In this document: one piece after another, positions 9,315 through 15,371 of the stretch
How the letters are laid out: each line of letters opens with the position of its first letter
How positions within the stretch are numbered: position 1 is the stretch's first letter
Source of the DNA: Chitinophagaceae bacterium
Lineage (GTDB): Bacteria > Bacteroidota > Bacteroidia > Chitinophagales > Chitinophagaceae
Length of the DNA: 32,095 nt
Direction of reading: 5' to 3'
Assembly: GCA_043755055.1 (NCBI GenBank)
Contig: JAYUTQ010000780.1
Span: 1 to 32,095, forward strand
Notes under the pieces: generated by a model
What the model was told of the DNA's origin: nothing
The model's input: the letters and a program-made list of their open reading frames with translations, nothing else
Databases searched by the model: none
Program-made: the position numbers and the translations under genes

Positions 9315-9749
9315 TTAACTGATTTTATTTAAAGAGAACTGTACTTGAACAGCGGTGTCGTATTCGTTCTGGCTTAGTTTATGGCCATCTAAATATTTGG
9401 TAATAAGTGCGGCAAGTTTAATTAGCAATGCATCTGCTACATGCGGGTACTTTGATTTAAGGTATACTTTGAGGCAGGCCAGTTTTTCTTCTATTGAACT
9501 CTCCTGATTGCAGTTTTTAAAACCTTCAAGCAGCGGTATTGCATAATTCAGAGCATCAATAAGCCTTGCTTTTACAATGTCGTCTACACTACCCGGGATG
9601 ATGACAGTGAGAATATCTCCAAGCGGAGATTGTAAAAACTTTTTGATGCCACCGGTTACATTTAATGCAAGTGCTGCATTTTCTAAAACTGCTTCACCAA
9701 TACGGCGAATCAGCTGTTTAATTTTGGAACGAAATTTTGAACAAAACAT
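9315..9749 (-). CDS. Hypothetical protein (helical)
   Basis: 144-aa ORF in the late module, preceded by the conserved AAATCATACATCATAAATCA leader. Confidence 0.6.
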   Translation of the reverse strand: MFCSKFRSKIKQLIRRIGEAVLENAALALNVTGGIKKFLQSPLGDILTVIIPGSVDDIVKARLIDALNYAIPLLEGFKNCNQESSIEEKLACLKVYLKSKYPHVADALLIKLAALITKYLDGHKLSQNEYDTAVQVQFSLNKIS

Positions 9750-9816
9750 GGTGTGGGATTTTTTGATTTATGAAGTGTGATTTATGATGTATGATTTTTC
9801 TTTTTGAACTTTTTAA

Positions 9817-10503
9817 TTAAAAAAAAAAGCCTGCAGCAGCTGCTGCACCAAAGAACCATTTGAACACTGGTTTGGAGGTAATTACTGCTGCTGAATTTTT
9901 TACGATTGTTGCTAACTTATCTGTCCAGCGAATACGATCGGGCATTCCATTTGGCGTGTATTTTTTATTTACGCTGGCAGGTCCACCATTAACAGTTTTA
10001 GAAATAGAAAGGGTGTCGTCTTTATCAGCATAGAAATTGGGTTGGCCATCAGGAAAGGCAGTTTTTCGGTTACAGTTGTACCACCACCATGCAGCAACAA
10101 TTACAGCATTATACATAGATGTAATTACAAGGTCCGGATTTGTCAACAATCTATTATCACCATACAAACCTTTAGAAGCAGCTGCATAATTACTTTTACC
10201 AGTCAATTGAATAAGGCCACGACCGCGAAATTTATAACCATCACCCGGCGCAGTATTACCCAAATTTTTACCTGTTGATGTTTGATAACCGTATTTTTTC
10301 TCACAATAAGCGGAGCCACCTCTTTCACTTAAAATGGTAAGTCCACCTGTTTCATGCAGGCATTGCCCCATAAAATGTTTGAAGCGCAGCGGTGTATTAA
10401 TCTTGTATTTATCAGCAGCTACTTTAAAAGCTTCAACTACTTCACTACTTTGTTGAGGGGTAAGCTTAAGCCCGAGTGTTTGTATATTTTGTACAGATAA
10501 CAT
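9817..10503 (-). CDS. Glycoside hydrolase family 19 (chitinase-like) lysin with a C-terminal hydrophobic anchor
   Basis: GH19 signature motifs are present: FMGQCLHETGG and YKFRGRGLIQLTGKSNY. The C-terminus PVFKWFFGAAAAAGFFF is hydrophobic. Confidence 0.85.
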   Translation of the reverse strand: MLSVQNIQTLGLKLTPQQSSEVVEAFKVAADKYKINTPLRFKHFMGQCLHETGGLTILSERGGSAYCEKKYGYQTSTGKNLGNTAPGDGYKFRGRGLIQLTGKSNYAAASKGLYGDNRLLTNPDLVITSMYNAVIVAAWWWYNCNRKTAFPDGQPNFYADKDDTLSISKTVNGGPASVNKKYTPNGMPDRIRWTDKLATIVKNSAAVITSKPVFKWFFGAAAAAGFFF

Positions 10504-10528
10504 GGTTAACTATTTTTTGCATGGTTGA

Positions 10529-10918
10529 TTAATTTTCTAATCTGGGGCCACCACGAGGGCTTAGAAAGCTTCTGGTAATCTCAAGCCTGTTATCTGGCGC
10601 CTGCGGATTATTGGGGTCGTAAGGGTCGTTTGGCAGGCTAGGATCACGGCCGGGTAACAATGCATTGTCGTAGATGGCGCTCACTCTGTCAAATTCAATA
10701 TTCCAAACTGTGTCTATAGCTACACGCGGATCATTCATGCCACTGCTAAACCATTCACCCGGACGCAATATTTTGGTTCTCATTACGGTGCAGTTGGTAT
10801 TGCCCCGATTGTACATCATGTACCCATGGCATCCCTGAGCACCCCAGCTGCAGTCTTTATCTATAATCTCTACCGTTTCTGTCATGGAAAGTGAATTCCA
10901 TTCTTTTGGGTCGAACAT
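10529..10918 (-). CDS. Hypothetical protein
   Basis: 129-aa ORF separated by a 3-nt gap from the upstream gene. Confidence 0.6.
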   Translation of the reverse strand: MFDPKEWNSLSMTETVEIIDKDCSWGAQGCHGYMMYNRGNTNCTVMRTKILRPGEWFSSGMNDPRVAIDTVWNIEFDRVSAIYDNALLPGRDPSLPNDPYDPNNPQAPDNRLEITRSFLSPRGGPRLEN

Positions 10919-10921
10919 GAG

Positions 10922-11878
10922 TTACATTATTTTATATAGAATAAAACCACCGGCCGCTACTGCTGCCAGTGTAGTTAATTTATCAATGGTGGATTTGCTT
11001 TCTTCTGTGGTTAAAGTGGTAATAACCTTGTTGTTAGTTGCAGTATTTTTAATTGCTTGCTGCTGAATTAAGTCTCTGGTTTCTTTAGAAATTTTGCCCG
11101 CCTGAAAATCTTTATCAGCTTGTGCTATGGCATCCAGATTCCTAATCTGTGCATCAAATAGCATTTGTTTGGTTTTTACCTTGGAAATTCCATCAACAAT
11201 AATGGCCGTAACACCAAGAGCGGCAACAATGGCAATTACTGCCCACACAACTATAGGTATAACACCGATGCCACTAATTGTGCTGGTTTTAAATTCTTTC
11301 AGCTGTACCGTTACCCCGGGTATCTGTTTTATTTCAAGGACAGAAAAATTATACATGGCAACAGCATCTACAAATTTTTTTCTCATATCTGCATCCATGG
11401 GCTTTTTGCTCATAACAACGAGTAAGTCAAAAGTTTTTCTTGCTTTTGCATTTAGCAGATCGCATTCTGTTTGCAATTGTTTTTGTTTGTTGATACTTGC
11501 AGCTTCGCTTTCTTTAATTCCTCTAAATTGTAGCAACATTTTGTCAGGATAGTATTTGAAATACCTTGTCTTACCGTTAACAGTTGCATACATGTTCATG
11601 CCTACTTTGGCAGCTATAGCCCTGGCTTTGGTTACGTTTTGCAGTTGCTCTAATGCTTCTAAAAATATTTCTGCAGGATAGCACCCAACAATAACCGGTG
11701 TACTTTTGGGATCATAGTATTTTGGTTTCTTATCGTAATCGAGATTTGCAACGGTTTCGGCAATAGAGTTAAAATACCGGATCGGTGTGGTGTATTTGCT
11801 AATAGAAAAATCCACCAGTTTGATTTTGTCAACGGGTGTAGTTTTATTCCAATTTGATGTTATTACTTCGCCTATCAT
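10922..11878 (-). CDS. Membrane protein (central and C-terminal TM segments, coiled-coil stretch)
   Basis: 318 aa. The hydrophobic segments are GIGVIPIVVWAVIAIVAALGVTAIIV and LAAVAAGGFILY. Confidence 0.65.
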   Translation of the reverse strand: MIGEVITSNWNKTTPVDKIKLVDFSISKYTTPIRYFNSIAETVANLDYDKKPKYYDPKSTPVIVGCYPAEIFLEALEQLQNVTKARAIAAKVGMNMYATVNGKTRYFKYYPDKMLLQFRGIKESEAASINKQKQLQTECDLLNAKARKTFDLLVVMSKKPMDADMRKKFVDAVAMYNFSVLEIKQIPGVTVQLKEFKTSTISGIGVIPIVVWAVIAIVAALGVTAIIVDGISKVKTKQMLFDAQIRNLDAIAQADKDFQAGKISKETRDLIQQQAIKNTATNNKVITTLTTEESKSTIDKLTTLAAVAAGGFILYKIM

Positions 11879-11935
11879 GTATTAAGTGTTTAGCCCCCGC
11901 CGTAGCCGGTGGCGGAATTGGAAGACATAATTTAA

Positions 11936-12121
11936 TTAAGCAGGGATTTTAAGAGCTGTACAGCCAAACTTCCATTTGATCGGATTATTTTCTTTCAGGT
12001 CTGCAAGCTTTTCTAATTGTACAACTACGTTCTGATTGTTTTTGCAAAGCATGTCTATTGCTTTCCAAATACGTTCCTGTGATGGCTGATCCAGGTTGTT
12101 GAAGTTTGTAAGTGCTTCCAT
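11936..12121 (-). CDS. Small hypothetical protein sharing a motif with the C-terminus of the upstream scaffold-like protein
   Basis: 61 aa. NQNVVVQLEKLADLKENNP in this protein matches NPNVVEEIEMLAKLKANNP in 12162-12968. Confidence 0.5.
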   Translation of the reverse strand: MEALTNFNNLDQPSQERIWKAIDMLCKNNQNVVVQLEKLADLKENNPIKWKFGCTALKIPA

Positions 12122-12161
12122 GATTTACTTGTATTTTTTGACCCTATTTAGAGATAATAGG

Positions 12162-12968
12162 TTAATCGTTCATGCCTTTAATAAAATCCAAGCCCTGTGC
12201 ATACATATCAGGATTATTGGCTTTAAGTTTTGCTAACATTTCTATTTCTTCTACCACGTTAGGATTGTCTTTGCTAAGCCCTTCAATGGCACTTTCAAAA
12301 CGTTGTTGCTCATTGTCGGCCGTGTTGCCGATTTGCTGGGTTTCAGTTCCTCCAGTTCCACTTCTGGAGCTGCTTGCATTACCGCCCATCAGGCCACCTA
12401 TTACATTTATTACTTCGACAGCTTCAGGCATTTTTTTTACCATTGGCCACAGAGTTGTACCAAGCCCTAAAATGCCATTTCTAAATACATTGTCGTTTGC
12501 TGATTTTTCGGCCTCCAGTGTTTTGATCTTTTCTTTCAAATCTTCCAGTTCTTTTGCTTTTCGCTCTTCTTCCTGGAATTTTTTTATTTTGGTTTCAATG
12601 GCCGTTTCAAAGTTCTCTGGTGTAACTTGGCCAATGCCCTCCATATAAAAACCGGATACTGCAGTACCACTAATGGCAGGTGTTTTGTTTTGAGCAAAAT
12701 CACTCATTTCAATATCAATATCCACATCCGGACGGGTACTCCCTTTTTTGCGCATCGCACAAAAAACATACCGTCCGGGTGTAAGCCTGTCTAATCCATT
12801 CATCAGCTGATCAATGCTTGCATCAAGGCTAAGATCATCGCCACCATACACCTCAATAGCCGGGCTACCAGCTTTGCGTTTGATGTCGGTATCGAATATT
12901 TTCCACCATCTTGCATCTGCATTACGCACTACATAGATGATATTCTCTTTACCTCTTATTGCGCCCAT
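12162..12968 (-). CDS. Acidic coiled-coil protein, scaffold-like
   Basis: 268 aa. The central segment KKFQEEERKAKELEDLKEKIKTLEAEK looks like a coiled coil, followed by a Gly/Ser-rich linker. It lies next to the capsid candidates. The function is inferred. Confidence 0.55.
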   Translation of the reverse strand: MGAIRGKENIIYVVRNADARWWKIFDTDIKRKAGSPAIEVYGGDDLSLDASIDQLMNGLDRLTPGRYVFCAMRKKGSTRPDVDIDIEMSDFAQNKTPAISGTAVSGFYMEGIGQVTPENFETAIETKIKKFQEEERKAKELEDLKEKIKTLEAEKSANDNVFRNGILGLGTTLWPMVKKMPEAVEVINVIGGLMGGNASSSRSGTGGTETQQIGNTADNEQQRFESAIEGLSKDNPNVVEEIEMLAKLKANNPDMYAQGLDFIKGMND

Positions 12969-13006
12969 TTTCTCTGATTTTTGATTTATGATGTATGATT
13001 TCTGAT

Positions 13007-13034
13007 GCCGCTGTCCCTTGAAGGGGTAAAAGAA
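13007..13034. repeat. Intergenic hairpin repeat family, copy A (variant CCCTTGAAGGGG)
   Basis: GCCGCTGTCCCTTGAAGGGGTAAAAGAA. It lies between CDS 12162-12968 and CDS 13040-13444. Confidence 0.7.
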
Positions 13035-13039
13035 ATGGT

Positions 13040-13444
13040 TTACTCAAAGAAAATTGTGATCACAAACACCATCCCATTTGTAATGCCAGTAGCGTCGCCC
13101 AATTCAATAAAACTTTTCCGCAGGTCAATATCCAGGTTGTTCAGTTCCAGGAATGAAATGCCGTTTGTATTACTGATTATTTCTAAAGGCAGCCGGCGTA
13201 TGATCTGTTCACCTGCCATTGTTGAAAGTGTTAGGAATGACTTTTTAACGGCTGCATCCGGAACAACCTGATCACCGTCAAAACTTGCTGTAAGAGCCTG
13301 TGAATGGATTAATAGCCCTTTGAATTTTTTACCATTCAAAGTAGTCTCATTATCTGTAAACTTAAATTGGCGGCTATTTACATTGTTCACCACAACTTTT
13401 ACCGTTTCGCTTTTAGAAATGGGGTAGGAGAGTTTTGCAATCAT
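13040..13444 (-). CDS. Beta-rich 134-aa virion protein (small capsid-protein candidate)
   Basis: ORF flanked by the hairpin repeats, with a beta-strand-like alternating pattern that ends in MVFVITIFFE. The capsid assignment is inferred. Confidence 0.55.
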   Translation of the reverse strand: MIAKLSYPISKSETVKVVVNNVNSRQFKFTDNETTLNGKKFKGLLIHSQALTASFDGDQVVPDAAVKKSFLTLSTMAGEQIIRRLPLEIISNTNGISFLELNNLDIDLRKSFIELGDATGITNGMVFVITIFFE

Positions 13445-13460
13445 GATGCTTAATTTTTTT

Positions 13461-13491
13461 GTTGCCTCTATCCCCTAAAGGGGAAATAATC
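13461..13491. repeat. Intergenic hairpin repeat family, copy B
   Basis: GTTGCCTCTATCCCCTAAAGGGGAAATAATC. Confidence 0.8.
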
Positions 13492-13505
13492 TGCAACGGC
13501 GTTTT

Positions 13506-13533
13506 AAAAATCCCCCGCCCCGGAGGGCGGGGG
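13506..13533 (-). terminator. GC-rich intrinsic terminator/attenuator between the 272-aa and 134-aa genes
   Basis: On the minus strand the hairpin CCCCCGCCC-TCCG-GGGCGGGGG is followed by ATTTTT. Confidence 0.6.
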
Positions 13534-13550
13534 TGAGTGTGAAATGTGTT

Positions 13551-13583
13551 GTTGGCCCCTGTCCCCTAAAGGGGTAAAAGAAC
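13551..13583. repeat. Intergenic hairpin repeat family, copy C
   Basis: GTTGGCCCCTGTCCCCTAAAGGGGTAAAAGAAC. Confidence 0.8.
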
Positions 13584-13610
13584 AAACAACGGCTTTGGTT
13601 TTGTGTGGGT

Positions 13611-13641
13611 GTTGCCCCTGTCCCCTAAAGGGGAAAAGAAC
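13611..13641. repeat. Intergenic hairpin repeat family, copy D
   Basis: GTTGCCCCTGTCCCCTAAAGGGGAAAAGAAC. It abuts the stop codon of 13642-14460. Confidence 0.8.
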
Positions 13642-14460
13642 TTACTTGCCGGTAATATGCAAACCACGTAGTATTAATACTGCACGGTGTTCGGTTCCTG
13701 CTACTGCACTGGCACCAGCCCAACCGGTAAAAGTTGCAAACTTTAAATTGATGTCGTTGGTACCGCTGCCATGGATAGTGATGTTTGGCGTAAGCATTGC
13801 AAAACCAGCATTTTCATGCTGCTGGTCGTAATTGGTGATGGCTGTTTTTTGTACTTGTGGTACATGCAGGAAACGGTGGGTGTCGTAGGCAATTAACTGC
13901 TGTACACGGTCAATCGTAATGCTCAATTCACCTGCTGTGTAAATGCTCCGCAAATCGTCGGCTGCTGTTTGCCCGAATGTGAACACGTTCGGATATGAAA
14001 ATAGTTCACCATTTGTTTTGCCGTTTGCAATATCCTGCTTTAACAATTTCAATGCTATTTTGTCGATAACAAAACTGTCGTTCTTGTCAAGCCTGCGTTC
14101 TGTAGGATATACGGAAGCTCCGTCGCCATCAAAGGTTTTGAATGTAAGTACCGCTTTGGGCCCGGTGATGACAGCTTCCAGCCTGAGGTAACCTTGTACA
14201 ACCGTTCTTTCCGGAAATTTGCTTTGGTTATTGATGAAAGTTGCACGGTCTCTTTCGCTTGAAATTACCTGTACTGCAGGTTGGCCATCCGGACCTACTA
14301 CGCCTACATAAACTCCAAGGATGTTTTGTGGTAATTCCACAAATTGTGTAGCGTATGTAAGTGCGCCCCCTAAGAAAGCTGCTGCAGGTACATTTTTGCT
14401 GATAAGGAAAGCAGTGACAAATAATGCCAGAAACGTTCCAATTAATTTAAGATGCTTCAT
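13642..14460 (-). CDS. Beta-rich 272-aa virion protein with hydrophobic N-terminus (major capsid-protein candidate)
   Basis: The ORF is bracketed by repeat hairpins and followed by an attenuator, an arrangement typical of a highly expressed structural gene. The N-terminus LIGTFLALFVTAFLI is hydrophobic. I cannot assign a fold by eye. Confidence 0.55.
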   Translation of the reverse strand: MKHLKLIGTFLALFVTAFLISKNVPAAAFLGGALTYATQFVELPQNILGVYVGVVGPDGQPAVQVISSERDRATFINNQSKFPERTVVQGYLRLEAVITGPKAVLTFKTFDGDGASVYPTERRLDKNDSFVIDKIALKLLKQDIANGKTNGELFSYPNVFTFGQTAADDLRSIYTAGELSITIDRVQQLIAYDTHRFLHVPQVQKTAITNYDQQHENAGFAMLTPNITIHGSGTNDINLKFATFTGWAGASAVAGTEHRAVLILRGLHITGK

Positions 14461-14490
14461 TGTTGTGTGTTGTAATGTGAAATGATAATT

Positions 14491-14538
14491 GTTAGCCCCT
14501 GTCCCCTTCCCGAAATAATCGGGATAAAAAAGGGGTAT
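14491..14538. repeat. Intergenic hairpin repeat family, copy E (variant with an inserted inner hairpin)
   Basis: GTTAGCCCCTGTCCCC-TTCCCGAAATAATCGGGATAAAAAA-GGGGTATG. Confidence 0.65.
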
Positions 14539-14553
14539 GTTAATAAACGGTTT

Positions 14554-14575
14554 GTACCCCTAAAGGGGTAAAAGC
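14554..14575. repeat. Intergenic hairpin repeat family, copy F (short)
   Basis: GTACCCCTAAAGGGGTAAAAGC. It abuts the stop codon of 14576-14947. Confidence 0.75.
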
Positions 14576-14947
14576 TTAGTTATCCATGCCACTAATGGCC
14601 GGAGCATTCATAAGGTCTTCCTGTGCGGCGTAGCTGATGTGATCCATGCCATCACTACCAATACCGGAAAGGCCGGGTACACCGAATGCACCCGCCAGGC
14701 CGGTGGCACTTTCTGCCAGTATGCCATTGGCTACATCGTTTATGATAGTTGCTTTCTTACCGCTGCCACCTCCTGCTATAGCAGGAAGAAAGACACCAAT
14801 ACCCAACCTGATTAAAGCACTTGTTTTGGGGTTTACTTTGTTGGCCAATGTTTTGGCTACAAACTTGGAAGCTGCAACACCTGCTACTAGCCCTGCGGCT
14901 TGCATACCACGTTCGCTGATTTGTTTGAAATTAAATTTACTTGCCAT
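14576..14947 (-). CDS. Gly/Ala-rich small membrane protein
   Basis: 123 aa counted from Met18 of the tracked ORF. The hydrophobic stretches are AAGLVAGVAA and LIRLGIGVFLPAIAGGG. Confidence 0.6.
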   Translation of the reverse strand: MASKFNFKQISERGMQAAGLVAGVAASKFVAKTLANKVNPKTSALIRLGIGVFLPAIAGGGSGKKATIINDVANGILAESATGLAGAFGVPGLSGIGSDGMDHISYAAQEDLMNAPAISGMDN

Positions 14948-15049
14948 TTGTTTTTTTGTTGGTGGCTTGTTTCGTGTTACAGGTGATAACACCAGCAACG
15001 GCGTTTACATGCCGGGTGTGAATGAATTTTTTTTGAGCGTTTCGGGGTA

Positions 15050-15081
15050 GCTGCCCCTATCCCCTAAAGGGGGAAATAAGC
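15050..15081. repeat. Intergenic hairpin repeat family, copy G
   Basis: GCTGCCCCTATCCCCTAAAGGGGGAAATAAGC. Confidence 0.8.
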
Positions 15082-15098
15082 ATTGCTACCCCCACTGC

Positions 15099-15299
15099 TT
15101 AGGCCTTGCGCCGTTTGGTACGTACGCCTGCACTTTTTTTAGCAGTTGCAAGCTTTCTCTTTAGCGAATCGAGGGTGCGGCGTTGTTTCACCAACCTTGC
15201 GGCTTCCCTTTTTTTGCGGTTCACTTCAGAGATTTGTTTGCGTGTGGCAGATATGGACCGGGCTACTGCTCCGATGCTGCCTACTTTTTTCTTTGCCAT
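15099..15299 (-). CDS. Extremely basic 66-aa protein (candidate nucleic-acid-binding/genome-condensing protein)
   Basis: The sequence is dominated by K/R: MAKKKVG...RKKREAARLVKQRRTLDSLKRKLATAKKSAGVRTKRRKA. It lies in the virion module. Confidence 0.55.
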   Translation of the reverse strand: MAKKKVGSIGAVARSISATRKQISEVNRKKREAARLVKQRRTLDSLKRKLATAKKSAGVRTKRRKA

Positions 15300-15371
15300 G
15301 ATTGTAATGGGTTTTTGTGTGTGATGAGAAATAGTTGATTAGTAAATTGGTTGAATAGTTGATTTTATTTA

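Noticed and set aside
12172-12648. Long antisense shadow ORFs opposite real minus-strand genes. Examples are 4193-4399, 5593-6084, 10042-10278, 11127-11552, 12172-12648, 14646-15050, 15664-16098, 16108-16509, 17854-18162, 21378-22017, 24769-25089 and 29108-29437.
   Set aside because: Each is fully contained in a longer, better-supported ORF on the other strand that has recognisable motifs or operon context. Their sequences are low-complexity and hydrophobic (Ser/Leu/Phe-rich), as expected for reverse-frame translation.
13007-15081. A CRISPR array formed by the CCCCTAAAGGGG repeats
   Set aside because: The repeats are irregularly spaced, from 20 bp to more than 800 bp. The supposed spacers are full protein-coding genes. 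Repeat lengths vary, and there are no cas genes in the window.
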